Virus record (IMG/VR): IMGVR_UViG_3300033073_000980
Location: 8,080-72,079 of that record
Length of the DNA: 64,000 nt
Reading direction: 5' to 3' (one strand)
Source: a virus
Lineage: Duplodnaviria > Caudoviricetes
The notes below the pieces were generated by a model. The model saw only the letters and a program-made list of their open reading frames with translations. It ran no database searches and had not been told where the DNA came from. Shown here piece after piece: positions 52,435 to 61,820 of the stretch. Made by a program: the position numbers and the translations under genes. Position 1 is the first letter of the stretch; every line of letters begins with the position of its first letter.

Positions 52435-53801
52435 GAAAAAGTTGAAAGTTGCATGAATTTTTTAGCTAATTCTCTTTTATCGAAGCTATCTACCTGAGAA
52501 AAGGTTGCGGGTGTGTTAGAAGTTCCATCTTCGTAGGTTGGCATATCTTCGGTAAGTTCGATATGACCATTGTTCGTATCGATCTTTGCTCCGTAAGTCA
52601 TACCATCCATCCCGTAACGATTCTTCATAACGTGTACTCGACCGGTACCATGAACCTTATCTTCTTTCTTTCTGGAAAGCGATAGGCAGAAATCGGCAAC
52701 CATAATCTTATCATACGAACCTGCTGCCTTATCTCCTTCGATAATATCGTCTTTTGCACCCATTCGGTTAACCTGAGAAGGAGAAAGAACAGTTACTTTA
52801 AATTCTTTAGCAAGGCCCTTACATGCAACATACATATCATCAATCTCATCTTTCCTTTCAGTAAACTTTTTGGAAGGTGGTCGGAGATAATCGATATAGT
52901 CAATCACAACCATATCGGGTTTAATATCTGCATCAATACATTTTTGAATATGGGCTTTCAAGGTTGCCACAGTGGCTGCCTTAGGAGGATATTCTTTTAC
53001 TACTAGCTTACCAGCCAGGCCTTCAACTACCCTCTCAACCTCATCTCTGTGATGCTGGACTTGTTCGATAGAATGTCCGGTAAAGAAACAGTCAAAGCGT
53101 TTACCAACATAATCCTGACCTAATTCCAAAGTATAGTAAATTACGTTGTATCCCATTCTTACTGCATGAGCTGCCATAGCAACCATCATCCAAGATTTAC
53201 CTCCACCCGGATTACCAAATACAATACCTAAATCACCAGGACCAAATCCTCCTTGGGTTAATTGATTCAACATAGGCCAGGGAGTAGGAATAGTGGGGCG
53301 ATAATCCTCCCGGTAACGGGTCTCAATATCTTTATTATATTCGTGCCCAATATTCCTATCCTGTCCAGCCTTTAACGCGTTATCAATCAAGTGACGAATT
53401 GAATCGTAGTCACCTGAGTTTAGAAGGTCAACTGAGTTTAGTAGTGCTGTTTTTAATTGCTGGTTCTTACAGAAGGCAGTAAATTCTTCTTCAACGTATT
53501 GGAGTTCGTCATCTGAATGTCGGTAAGCTTCTTTGATCTGCTCAACAATAGAGGTCTTAAGTACATCGTTATCAATCTTCTTAACTTCTACTTTGAGGGT
53601 ATCCATTGAGATGACTGTGTGGTATTTATTCCAGTATCTTAGAATCTCATTAATAATCCATTTGTGAGCAGGGTTTGGAAAATGCTCATCAGATAAAATA
53701 TCGTAAATGTTCTGAACGAATTCTTTTCTGGTCAATAATGCTCCGATAGTCTTAACCTGGAAAGGAGCTCCGTAATCTACTAATGTCTTTAACGCTGCCA
53801 T
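52431..53801 (-). CDS. DnaB/gp41-like replicative helicase
   Basis: GNPGGGKS, YYTLE, MVVIDYIDYL, SQVNR, KNRYG. Confidence 0.95.
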   Translation of the reverse strand: MAALKTLVDYGAPFQVKTIGALLTRKEFVQNIYDILSDEHFPNPAHKWIINEILRYWNKYHTVISMDTLKVEVKKIDNDVLKTSIVEQIKEAYRHSDDELQYVEEEFTAFCKNQQLKTALLNSVDLLNSGDYDSIRHLIDNALKAGQDRNIGHEYNKDIETRYREDYRPTIPTPWPMLNQLTQGGFGPGDLGIVFGNPGGGKSWMMVAMAAHAVRMGYNVIYYTLELGQDYVGKRFDCFFTGHSIEQVQHHRDEVERVVEGLAGKLVVKEYPPKAATVATLKAHIQKCIDADIKPDMVVIDYIDYLRPPSKKFTERKDEIDDMYVACKGLAKEFKVTVLSPSQVNRMGAKDDIIEGDKAAGSYDKIMVADFCLSLSRKKEDKVHGTGRVHVMKNRYGMDGMTYGAKIDTNNGHIELTEDMPTYEDGTSNTPATFSQVDSFDKRELAKKFMQLSTFS

Positions 53802-53828
53802 ATAACTTCTTTGTATAACTTATTTTAT

Positions 53829-53860
53829 GTAATATATGAATTTATTTGAATTGAGACAAC
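53829..53860 (-). promoter_or_regulatory. class 1 promoter of the helicase
   Basis: GTTGT-N17-CATATATTAC. Confidence 0.6.
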
Positions 53861-54882
53861 TTAAAAAAGGTATCTGTTGTCCAGTAATCAATGTTTTTAA
53901 TAAAATGAGACAGTCCATCCATCTCGTAAAGTTCAATAAAGTGCTTCTTGTGAAAACCGTTATTTTCCTCATTAATCAATTCGTTGATGTAATCAATCTG
54001 CCTATCGTCCAAAATTGGATTTTTAAGATCCATTAACTTATAGTGATTTAAAAGATTCTGTTTTGCAAACAATACCCGGGCATAGATCTGATGTTCCTTT
54101 AAGTGATCTTCGGCATGATCGAAGATATCTTTCATTGTTAGAGGTACATTAACAATGTCTGGGAATAGTTTTAAAAGCGTCTTTGGACCTAATCCTTTGA
54201 TACCTTCAATCTTATCTGATTGGTCTCCAAGCATTGTTTTGTAGATAATAAAATTATCTGGATGTATTCCAAACTCTTTTTGAACATCCTTCGGTCCGTA
54301 GAATACTTTTGTGACTGGTCTGTAAAGGGTAACGTGGTCGTTTACCAGCTGAAGGTAATCCTTATCAGAAGAAACAATTACCATTTGAGTGTCGAACCTT
54401 CTTGGTAATTCTCTAGACATGAAAGCAATCATATCATCTGCCTCTGCTTTATCAATCATTCCAACTTTAACTGGAAGGCATTGTAGGTAATGAATGATTC
54501 TAGTAATTTGACCAACCTTTGCATCATTCTCATCTTCCAATGATTCAAAAGCATCCCAGTTTGTAATCCGGTTAATGCCTCGGTTTGATTTGTATTCAGG
54601 TAATAAATTCTTTCTGTTAGTAGAAGATCCTACTCCGTCAAAGATTACGTAAACGCCTGTTGGTTGTACCAGCTGAATTAACGAACCTAATGATCTAACG
54701 AATCCAGCTAGTCCTCCAATGTGAGCTCCATCCTGATTAACCATGTTAATGGTTGCAAAGTTTCTAAAGAATAGATTCAATGCATCGATTACTAATACTC
54801 GGGAGTGAAAATTTTCGTCTGTCGGTATTACTTCTTCTACTTCCTTGATGTTATCAAGCAAAGCTTTGTATTCTGCTTTCAT
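53842..54882 (-). CDS. 5'-3' exonuclease / flap endonuclease (Pol I N-terminal, T4 RNase H-like)
   Basis: VIDALNL, IFDG, EYKSNR, EADD, SSDKD, GDQSDKIEGIKGLGPKT. Confidence 0.95.
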   Translation of the reverse strand: MKAEYKALLDNIKEVEEVIPTDENFHSRVLVIDALNLFFRNFATINMVNQDGAHIGGLAGFVRSLGSLIQLVQPTGVYVIFDGVGSSTNRKNLLPEYKSNRGINRITNWDAFESLEDENDAKVGQITRIIHYLQCLPVKVGMIDKAEADDMIAFMSRELPRRFDTQMVIVSSDKDYLQLVNDHVTLYRPVTKVFYGPKDVQKEFGIHPDNFIIYKTMLGDQSDKIEGIKGLGPKTLLKLFPDIVNVPLTMKDIFDHAEDHLKEHQIYARVLFAKQNLLNHYKLMDLKNPILDDRQIDYINELINEENNGFHKKHFIELYEMDGLSHFIKNIDYWTTDTFFKLSQFK

Positions 54883-54891
54883 AAGTTACTA

Positions 54892-54923
54892 TTAATATAA
54901 TAAAAAAGCCCTTGACTTGCAAG
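54892..54923 (-). promoter_or_regulatory. class 1 promoter of the 5' exonuclease, overlapping a terminator
   Basis: CTTGC-N17-ATTATATTAA. Confidence 0.6.
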
Positions 54924-54927
54924 GGCT
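54902..54927 (-). terminator. rho-independent terminator after recA
   Basis: AGCCCTTG/CAAGGGCT stem + U6; near-identical to 28981-29006. Confidence 0.85.
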
Positions 54928-54951
54928 CTTTAAGATTTATTTTTTGGAATC

Positions 54952-56031
54952 CTATTCCGGCTCTTCCTGGAAATAACCAGGTGTTGCATCCTCATAAGCT
55001 TCTTCTACTACATCGAAGTCTCCTCCTCCTAGAATAGCTGACCATTCTTTAGCATGAGCATCTTTGTACTTCTTAAGCTCTTTCTCATCATCGTTGATGA
55101 ATCCGTGAGGTGTCATAATGATTCTGCCTCGGGTTGTAATTCCATTGATATGATTCTTATCAATCTGGAGATTAGTTCTCTTGGCAAATTCTACCTGCTT
55201 ACCATCCTTGATTGCTTTAATCTTGGAAGTTCCTGCATTCATGATGTTACCAAACGTTACAACGAACGTTGCATCATACCACATAGCAAATCCGCCCTTA
55301 TTCATAAGTTTGGGTTGACCCATGGGTGATTCAGGCTTCTGAGTCCATACCTTATTAACTACTACGAGAGTGTTAGTGTAAGGAGAAGACTCTTTCCGAG
55401 ACATAACAATGCGTTGGTTTACACCGTTACCGAACTGAGTCGACATTGCACCTGCATTCCATTCGTTGTTATTCTTGTTAGAACGTACTGAAAGTTCACA
55501 GGGCACTGAACCGATTGAATCCCAGAGGAACAATAAGTCATGAGGTAGACTTCCTTTCTTCTGTTCGTCAATCAAGTCTAGAATAAATCCGGCAACGTCT
55601 TCGATTGTATTCAAGGTCTCTCTATCAACATAGATAAAGAATCCTCCGTAATCAACAACCTCACCGGTCTCTTCATCAACCGTTTGATCTACTTGCAGAC
55701 CCATCTGAATAGCATGTTCCCAATTCCATTTCATCTCTGTAATGATGAATACTGGAAGGATGCCTGCTTTCTGGGCTGATACTGCAGCTTCAAGCAATGC
55801 TGTGGTCTTTCCTGTATCGGAATGACCTCTCAGCATTACAATGTGGCCCATCGGGATTCCAGGGATTGAAGTTACTTCCTGGAAGGAAGGTGATAGAGGA
55901 ATCCATTTCTGCTCTTTGAACTTAACGTTGCTCTTAAGAAGCTTCTTCTCTTTGAATTTATCTAGAGAAAATCCTTTCTTAAGTTCAGCAGATACAGCCT
56001 CTGTTAACGAACCTCTTTCTTTTTTAGCCAT
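54952..56031 (-). CDS. RecA/UvsX-like recombinase
   Basis: GHSDTGKTT, FLWDSIGSV, LVVVNKVW, GGFAMWY. Confidence 0.92.
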   Translation of the reverse strand: MAKKERGSLTEAVSAELKKGFSLDKFKEKKLLKSNVKFKEQKWIPLSPSFQEVTSIPGIPMGHIVMLRGHSDTGKTTALLEAAVSAQKAGILPVFIITEMKWNWEHAIQMGLQVDQTVDEETGEVVDYGGFFIYVDRETLNTIEDVAGFILDLIDEQKKGSLPHDLLFLWDSIGSVPCELSVRSNKNNNEWNAGAMSTQFGNGVNQRIVMSRKESSPYTNTLVVVNKVWTQKPESPMGQPKLMNKGGFAMWYDATFVVTFGNIMNAGTSKIKAIKDGKQVEFAKRTNLQIDKNHINGITTRGRIIMTPHGFINDDEKELKKYKDAHAKEWSAILGGGDFDVVEEAYEDATPGYFQEEPE

Positions 56032-56037
56032 AGTCTA

Positions 56038-56901
56038 TTAGAAAGGTAAGTCGTTATCGTCGTCGTTGAATAGTGAATCGAACTTGTCAGCTTTTGATTC
56101 TACTTTCTTACCTTGTGCTTCCAAAGAGAATTTACTCTCGGGCTTTTTCCAAGGAAGTTCTTCAGTGGCGGCAGCTGCAGGCTTAACATCGTCGAAAGTT
56201 GCAGCAGGTTCAGAAGAGATTACTCCTTCTTCTTCGTCAGGTGCCAACCATTTTTGCAATACAGACTTCATATCATCGAAAGACATTCTAGAGAATACTT
56301 TCAAAGGATCTGGTTGATCGTTAAGAATGATCTGAAGCAATGCTTGATCTTCGGTCAAAACAGATTCTTTAGTACGTGCACGAACGGTAGTCTTATTAAA
56401 ACCAGTTCCTGTAGTATCGGCACCAACAGTAGTCAAGTTCAAGTCACGACCTGAAATGATGTCAGTGTAATCCCCGATATCCTCATCTTCTACCATAGAA
56501 AGCAATTCCATGTAGATCTCTTTACCGAAGCCCCAAAGCTTAACGCCTTCGGCTTCTTGACCTCTAACGATAATAGGTACGAATACTCGCATTTTAGGTT
56601 CGAGTTTACGAGCCAATCTCCAAGATTCTTTGTCTTTAGATTGACGCAATTGTTTTGCGAATTCAACAATAGGATCCTTCTCACCCCAGTTTGTAGGAGA
56701 GATGATTGGGTTCTTGTCGATTCCGTAGTGGAAAAACAACTCCGAAAAAGGATTTGATTTGTTGTACACAGAAGGTACAATACGAATTGTTTGCTTGCCC
56801 ACGGCAGGTTTCCAGAAGACATTCTTACGTGCCTCTCCAGAAGGACGGCTGTTCTGAGTTTGCAAAGAGTTAAGCTTTGCTCTAATTGAATTGATATCCA
56901 T
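56038..56901 (-). CDS. gp32-like single-stranded DNA-binding protein
   Basis: FWKP...IRIVP...FHY...DPIVE...KLWGFG...GRD; acidic tail ending DDDNDLPF. Confidence 0.85.
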   Translation of the reverse strand: MDINSIRAKLNSLQTQNSRPSGEARKNVFWKPAVGKQTIRIVPSVYNKSNPFSELFFHYGIDKNPIISPTNWGEKDPIVEFAKQLRQSKDKESWRLARKLEPKMRVFVPIIVRGQEAEGVKLWGFGKEIYMELLSMVEDEDIGDYTDIISGRDLNLTTVGADTTGTGFNKTTVRARTKESVLTEDQALLQIILNDQPDPLKVFSRMSFDDMKSVLQKWLAPDEEEGVISSEPAATFDDVKPAAAATEELPWKKPESKFSLEAQGKKVESKADKFDSLFNDDDNDLPF

Positions 56902-56912
56902 AATTTTTATTA

Positions 56913-56944
56913 TTAATATATGCTATTTGTTTCTGAATTGCAAC
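56913..56944 (-). promoter_or_regulatory. class 1 promoter of ssb-recA
   Basis: GTTGC-N17-CATATATTAA. Confidence 0.7.
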
Positions 56945-56948
56945 TTGT

Positions 56949-57227
56949 TTATTGCTGCTCATTGTTACCTCCAAATGTTTCGTTGTAGTATTGTTTTGCT
57001 GATTTGTATTTTTGTTCCCAAGTTCCATCCGGTAAATCAATACAATAATCTCCTTTATCCCAAGCATCTTCAATCTCCTCCTCATGCATTGCTTTACCTT
57101 GTTCAACTATTTCATTATACTTTCTGTTAAAAAATTCAACACCTATTTCTCTTCTAGATAATAAAGCGTGTATTAATGTTAAGTTTTCAATCACCCACTC
57201 AACACTACTTTGTTTATTGTTGCTCAT
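56949..57227 (-). CDS. cassette micro-gene (SSVEW...YYNETFGG family)
   Basis: MSNNKQSSVEW...YYNETFGGNNEQQ; start revised to 57227. Confidence 0.75.
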   Translation of the reverse strand: MSNNKQSSVEWVIENLTLIHALLSRREIGVEFFNRKYNEIVEQGKAMHEEEIEDAWDKGDYCIDLPDGTWEQKYKSAKQYYNETFGGNNEQQ

Positions 57228-57231
57228 AATT

Positions 57232-57453
57232 TTATCCGTTACGTTGTCCGCATTTGTGTTTGTGTTGAACATACCACATTATTCTAAATGTATTCAATAC
57301 AAAGAAGTAAGTATCAAATTCATTAATTTCATCTGTTGATTTACATATACCAGTATGGTACGCTCTTACTTTTGTTTTAAGTGTTTTTGCTGATTTTGGG
57401 AAAGTTTCAAACGATATAGCATATCGCTTTGTTAATTCAAAAGATTTATACAT
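57232..57453 (-). CDS. hypothetical protein
   Basis: 73-aa ORF inside array 1. Confidence 0.55.
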   Translation of the reverse strand: MYKSFELTKRYAISFETFPKSAKTLKTKVRAYHTGICKSTDEINEFDTYFFVLNTFRIMWYVQHKHKCGQRNG

Positions 57454-57470
57454 ATAATTTAGTAGTTTGT

Positions 57471-57596
57471 TTATTGTTGCTCATTGTTACCTCCTTTGTA
57501 AAGTCTGTCCATGTTTTGGTCAAAGTAGTCTACGATATACTTAAATGGAAGTGCATTCCACACTGTCTGAAAGATACTTTGTTTATTGTTGCTCAT
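57471..57596 (-). CDS. cassette micro-gene (41 aa)
   Basis: Manual ORF MSNNKQSIFQTVWNALPFKYIVDYFDQNMDRLYKGGNNEQQ. Confidence 0.65.
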   Translation of the reverse strand: MSNNKQSIFQTVWNALPFKYIVDYFDQNMDRLYKGGNNEQQ

Positions 57597-57843
57597 TGTT
57601 CATTTGGTTATAGTTATCCATTTCACTTTTTTCCTCCATCGCATTGTAGTCTGCAATATATTGCTCATTGTCTTCTATATGATTATGAAGTAACTCACAT
57701 ACCCAAGCATTTTCAAATTCGTAAATACCACAGTGTAGTAATGCATTATCGTAATCATCAAATATCTTAACACTGCCATCAACATTTTTGAAAAATTCTT
57801 TGCTGATAATATCAACGATGATATATTGTTTATTTTTGCTCAT
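57583..57843 (-). CDS. cassette micro-gene
   Basis: MSKNKQYIIVD...MNNEQQ; start revised to 57843. Confidence 0.7.
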   Translation of the reverse strand: MSKNKQYIIVDIISKEFFKNVDGSVKIFDDYDNALLHCGIYEFENAWVCELLHNHIEDNEQYIADYNAMEEKSEMDNYNQMNNEQQ

Positions 57844-58063
57844 TGTTACCTCCAAATGTTTCTTTATAGTAATCTTCAAATGTCTGGTAGTTACTCATCA
57901 AGTATTGCTTATATGTTCGCTCATGTTCCTTCTTATGTATTGCTTTAGCTTGTTCGGCAAAAATACTAATCAATTTTGGTGAAATTGAACCATACGTAGC
58001 TATTTCTTTCTGGATTTTGCTTTCTAGCCATTCAACGCTCATTTGTGTTTCGCCGTACTCCAT
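57830..58063 (-). CDS. cassette micro-gene (SVEW...YYKETFGG family)
   Basis: ...MSVEWLE...YYKETFGGNNEQK. Confidence 0.7.
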   Translation of the reverse strand: MEYGETQMSVEWLESKIQKEIATYGSISPKLISIFAEQAKAIHKKEHERTYKQYLMSNYQTFEDYYKETFGGNNEQK

Positions 58064-58066
58064 ATC

Positions 58067-58372
58067 TTATTTTTTAAATGTCCCCATAAATTCATCTATC
58101 GAAAATTTACTATCACCGTTCTGTGCTTTAAATAATTCAGATTGTACCTCATCATAAAAATTAATTCTATCCATAATAAAAGCAGCATCACTCTCTACTG
58201 CCATAAATTCTAAGGTCAGTATAATTTTTTTAACGCATACTAAAGCACAGTATATAGCTTCTCTGTAGCGTGATTCACAGCTATTAATACCTTCTTTTAA
58301 TGAACCGTTATTCGGTAGCATGAAGTAGTAATCATGAATCAGCTCTAATGCTGCTTTCTGGTGTGGTGTCAT
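58067..58372 (-). CDS. phage hypothetical protein
   Basis: MTPHQKAALELI...AIYCALVCV. Confidence 0.7.
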   Translation of the reverse strand: MTPHQKAALELIHDYYFMLPNNGSLKEGINSCESRYREAIYCALVCVKKIILTLEFMAVESDAAFIMDRINFYDEVQSELFKAQNGDSKFSIDEFMGTFKK

Positions 58373-58397
58373 TATTTTTTATTTCTTCTTGTGTTAG

Positions 58398-58428
58398 GTA
58401 ATATAATAAAAAATCCCCAAAATAGCAA
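58398..58428 (-). promoter_or_regulatory. class 1 promoter (spacer 1 nt short)
   Basis: GTTGC-N16-TATATATTAC. Confidence 0.45.
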
Positions 58429-58448
58429 CAAAAATGTTAGTAATTTCA

Positions 58449-58622
58449 TTATTCTACTATTGTTTCAACTACTGTTCTGTTGATTGGGAAGTACCAACTT
58501 TGGCTTGTTTCATTATTATAAAAACTATAAACCCCTGCTTGTGAATATATAAAATTATTTGCTTCAATTACCATATCAAATGAGTGAGTACCTATTTGAC
58601 CCCAAACTTTATATTTTTTCAT
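58449..58622 (-). CDS. small hypothetical protein (57 aa)
   Basis: Manual ORF MKKYKVWGQIG...VETIVE with AAGTTATG start context. Confidence 0.6.
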   Translation of the reverse strand: MKKYKVWGQIGTHSFDMVIEANNFIYSQAGVYSFYNNETSQSWYFPINRTVVETIVE

Positions 58623-58630
58623 AACTTATT

Positions 58631-58891
58631 TTAGTCAATTTTGATTACTGATTCGATTCGTGTTGTTTTACCTTCATGTACTTGATAGTTCAACACTGTT
58701 GGCATTTTGTCTGCTGTATCTTTTGGATACATTATCCAAATAGCATCATATCCATCTTCAGGTACAATACGTACTAGTTTATAGACTTTACCGTTTATTT
58801 CAATAAATTCTTGAGGTTGGTGTGTTATTTCACCTCTTTTTTGACATGAACCTAAAACAACAATGCTTAATACTAATAATATTTTTTTCAT
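58631..58891 (-). CDS. small lipoprotein
   Basis: MKKILLVLSIVVLGS|C. Confidence 0.75.
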   Translation of the reverse strand: MKKILLVLSIVVLGSCQKRGEITHQPQEFIEINGKVYKLVRIVPEDGYDAIWIMYPKDTADKMPTVLNYQVHEGKTTRIESVIKID

Positions 58892-58894
58892 AAC

Positions 58895-59044
58895 TTATTT
58901 TTTTATCTTACTAATACGCCATTCAATACTACTTTTTCTATGTATATGAATTTCATCCTGGAATGTTGTTTCTTTTCCTATCTCTAGATTAGCTGCAACG
59001 GTTGATATGTCGGCTATTGTTATTACTTTCTTTTTATTATTCAT
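58895..59044 (-). CDS. small hypothetical protein (49 aa)
   Basis: Manual ORF MNNKKEVITIAD...ISKIKK with AAGTTATG context. Confidence 0.55.
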   Translation of the reverse strand: MNNKKKVITIADISTVAANLEIGKETTFQDEIHIHRKSSIEWRISKIKK

Positions 59045-59047
59045 AAC

Positions 59048-59317
59048 TTATTTTTCTTCAAAAGTGTAAATGTATGTTGTGTCTGCTTTATTATCTTTAA
59101 TTGTAATTTCAATTGATGGTTTTACTTGGTGTTTTACTTTTTTATCTATTTGTTCTCCAATAGATATTCCTACACAAAACATGCCAAATAATGCTAATGC
59201 CAGTCCTGCTAAAAATAAATTTGTACTAGCTTCATCATCATAGTCACTTTTACTTGAATAACCAATAAATGTCATCAAAACACCTATAAATGCTAAAAGT
59301 CCAAATATCCATTCCAT
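59048..59317 (-). CDS. 2-TM membrane protein
   Basis: Two hydrophobic segments; ends DTTYIYTF. Confidence 0.7.
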   Translation of the reverse strand: MEWIFGLLAFIGVLMTFIGYSSKSDYDDEASTNLFLAGLALALFGMFCVGISIGEQIDKKVKHQVKPSIEITIKDNKADTTYIYTFEEK

Positions 59318-59320
59318 AAC

Positions 59321-59725
59321 TTATTTTGTTTTAGTTGAATCACTAGTTGTTTCATCAATATACTCTTCCATCTTTTTCAAAACCAACTCAGTTGCTTTGT
59401 ATGGAATTTTCTGAAGTGATGTATCTTTTTGAACATAGTCTAATGTTTTACTACCGGCAACAATCAAGATTGCTTCTTTAGTGTCAGGTGTCATGACGGC
59501 AAATAGTATAAAGATAATAGATGTGATACCCCACCTCTTCATTCCTTTGTGTCCGGCTGCTATTTTCTTTTCATCTGGTTTTTCACCATAAAAAATGTCA
59601 TATTGACTCATAGTGTAGATAAAATAACCTAATGCGCACATACCTGTAAAAATAGCCAATCCTACAAATAGTCCTTGAATTGAACTCAACCTAGTGAGTA
59701 AGTAAATAAATAATGTATTGTTCAT
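59321..59725 (-). CDS. membrane protein
   Basis: 2-3 TMs, TPDTKEA motif. Confidence 0.7.
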   Translation of the reverse strand: MNNTLFIYLLTRLSSIQGLFVGLAIFTGMCALGYFIYTMSQYDIFYGEKPDEKKIAAGHKGMKRWGITSIIFILFAVMTPDTKEAILIVAGSKTLDYVQKDTSLQKIPYKATELVLKKMEEYIDETTSDSTKTK

Positions 59726-59728
59726 ATG

Positions 59729-59968
59729 TTATATTTTATTGAATTTTCTTGTTTGTATTTTTACTATGTATTTTTGTGCTATTTTATGCCACCACCAATC
59801 AAAATCTCTATTGTAGTAAGTACATTTATGTTCTAGTATTTCTAGGAAAGCATCTTCAAAAGTGGTATGTGTTGTTCTGTATTGTCCATCTCTCAACACA
59901 TACCATACACCATTTTTAAATTTGAATTTGTAGTTTTTTCTTATATTCTTTAATAATTTAGTTTTCAT
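59729..59968 (-). CDS. basic hypothetical protein
   Basis: MKTKLLKNIRK start. Confidence 0.6.
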   Translation of the reverse strand: MKTKLLKNIRKNYKFKFKNGVWYVLRDGQYRTTHTTFEDAFLEILEHKCTYYNRDFDWWWHKIAQKYIVKIQTRKFNKI

Positions 59969-60037
59969 CGATCTTTCAGTTTATCGTTTATAGCACCTAA
60001 GTAAAGTATTACCACTATTAATAAAAATACAACCATA

Positions 60038-60451
60038 TTAATCTTCTATTTCAGCGTCCCACTCAGTTAAAACAAATTTCAAATCCAATCCTGTAATTTT
60101 AGTTTTATCTTCATTACAGAAAGCCATTGCCTGAAATCCGCCAGTGCTATGAATAATGCCTTGTTCCCAATGTGTATCTTTGTATTGACCTAATCTAGCT
60201 TCAGCAGCACCTCTAAGTAAACGTTCTGCTTCTTCTCTTAGCATTTCAATAGTCACATATTCACCAACCCATTTCCAACCTAAGTAGTCCATTGTATTTT
60301 GGACTTTAGCAAAATTGAATTCATCTAAAATTTCATCAATCATTTGATTGACAGGATCCAAATGCACCTTTTCAGTTGATTGTGGATTCATTTTGTTAAG
60401 CAAGGTCTGTAATTGCTTCAACTCTTTGGGGTTTAAATTTCCAATATTCAT
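60038..60451 (-). CDS. phage hypothetical protein
   Basis: IDEILDEFNFAKV...LGWKW...STGGFQA. Confidence 0.7.
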   Translation of the reverse strand: MNIGNLNPKELKQLQTLLNKMNPQSTEKVHLDPVNQMIDEILDEFNFAKVQNTMDYLGWKWVGEYVTIEMLREEAERLLRGAAEARLGQYKDTHWEQGIIHSTGGFQAMAFCNEDKTKITGLDLKFVLTEWDAEIED

Positions 60452-60457
60452 ATTAAG

Positions 60458-61264
60458 TTAAAAGGGGAGTATTTGTTGTTCTTTTTTATTAGTAGCTACA
60501 GTAGGTCTTGGAGCCAACCCAGCACTTATAATTTCCATGATATCATTCTTATGTTTTGCTTGTCCGTTTAAAGCATATCGCATTTTAGCTTCAAAGATAG
60601 TAAGCAGATTAGATACTTTGTACTTGAATCCTTTATACTCAATAATTTCATATCTTTGTTTTGGATCAATTTTATAATCAACTTTGACTCCATCATAAAT
60701 AAAAGTCTCATCAAAATCATTAGCTGAGGCTTTACCGTCTAAATGTTGTACTATACCTTCTTCTCCTTCTGGGTCCTCAACTAATACAAAGTATGGGGAA
60801 ATCATGTCTAAATCTGATGAGTTTTTATCTATCCAACGTTTTAGTCTTACTCCATGAAGAAATAACCCTACAGATCCGCCAACATGAAACATAGGGTATC
60901 TTTCTTGAATCTCTTTAACAATATCCAAACGCAGTCTACTTTCTATTTTAGTTATGTGTTTTTCAGTTTGTTTTTGAGTAAGTTCGTACCTTGAAATCTC
61001 TTTTAAAATTTTAAACGAGGTAGTAACTGATTTGTCTTTTTCATCTGTATAAGTTCCCAGAATTTGGATCTCACAGAACCGATTAGAATTGTTATCTGAG
61101 TAGTGATCAAAAACATCCTCTAACTTATTGCAGTAATGATAGCCATCAGCGGTACATGTTCTTGGGTTTTTAATTTCTAAATTTTTAGAGTAAACTTCAC
61201 CTATGGCAAATTGCTCTCCTCGACATTTTAAGTCTTTATCAAAACCTTTGTATGCTATTTTCAT
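60458..61264 (-). CDS. two-domain protein: phage AYKGFD domain + nucleotidyltransferase-like domain
   Basis: AYKGFDKDLKCRG...GYHYC...RFCE; HVGGSVGLFLHG...DLD. Confidence 0.6.
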   Translation of the reverse strand: MKIAYKGFDKDLKCRGEQFAIGEVYSKNLEIKNPRTCTADGYHYCNKLEDVFDHYSDNNSNRFCEIQILGTYTDEKDKSVTTSFKILKEISRYELTQKQTEKHITKIESRLRLDIVKEIQERYPMFHVGGSVGLFLHGVRLKRWIDKNSSDLDMISPYFVLVEDPEGEEGIVQHLDGKASANDFDETFIYDGVKVDYKIDPKQRYEIIEYKGFKYKVSNLLTIFEAKMRYALNGQAKHKNDIMEIISAGLAPRPTVATNKKEQQILPF

Positions 61265-61269
61265 AACTT

Positions 61270-61542
61270 TTATTTTAATTTAACTAATTCACTGATTAAC
61301 ATTGCAACATCATCTGTTGTTTGACGAGGCATAACATCCGATTCACCCTTTGGATAAACTGTCCAATGTCCATCGTTCCAAGTCATCCAATCACCATCAC
61401 CGTTCCAAGCAGCAACTTCTGCTGTTGTTTCACCTTCATCACAATAATTGCCTTTGCTAAATTGAACACTAATAGTGCATCCGTTAGCGAAGTCCATTTG
61501 AAACCCGTGATGCCATTCGTTGTTTTCTGCTCTAAAATTCAT
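61270..61542 (-). CDS. phage hypothetical protein
   Basis: FANGCTISVQ...NYC...AEVA. Confidence 0.7.
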   Translation of the reverse strand: MNFRAENNEWHHGFQMDFANGCTISVQFSKGNYCDEGETTAEVAAWNGDGDWMTWNDGHWTVYPKGESDVMPRQTTDDVAMLISELVKLK

Positions 61543-61556
61543 AACTCTTATTTATC

Positions 61557-61588
61557 TAAATGTACGAAGATTACTTTGAAGAGGCAAC
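61557..61588 (-). promoter_or_regulatory. class 1 promoter
   Basis: GTTGC-N17-CGTACATTTA. Confidence 0.7.
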
Positions 61589-61590
61589 TG

Positions 61591-61806
61591 TTATTTTCTT
61601 TTTCTTGCCTTTTTAGCTGCTTTAGCCTTAGCTCTTGACTTAGTTTGCTTTTTGGTGAGCGGTCCTTTAGTAGGAGTTGAAGATCTTCCGTACATTGATT
61701 CATCCCAATCAAAATGTTCCATTGCTCGTTTTAACCCCTCAGTGTAGTCTGTTCCTGTTAGAATACCTGCTAAAGGTAGAATTGATTCTTTGCTTAATTT
61801 TGTCAT
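61591..61806 (-). CDS. small protein with basic tail
   Basis: Ends KSRAKAKAAKKARKRK. Confidence 0.65.
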   Translation of the reverse strand: MTKLSKESILPLAGILTGTDYTEGLKRAMEHFDWDESMYGRSSTPTKGPLTKKQTKSRAKAKAAKKARKRK

Positions 61807-61820
61807 AACTTCTATTTATC

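Larger units (their letters stand above)
56945..57853 (-). repeat. junction-repeat array 1 (GGAGGTAACAATGAGCAACAATAAACAA)
   Basis: Copies at 56945-56972 (1 mismatch), 57210-57227 (18 nt), 57467-57494 (exact), 57579-57600 (22 nt), 57826-57853 (1 mismatch). Confidence 0.95.

Noticed and set aside
26630-56031. Inteins or self-splicing introns in polA, thyA, nrdJ, helicase or recA
   Set aside because: Reading frames are uninterrupted, of normal size, and show no intein C/S...HN motifs; the thyA and polA insertions are short loops
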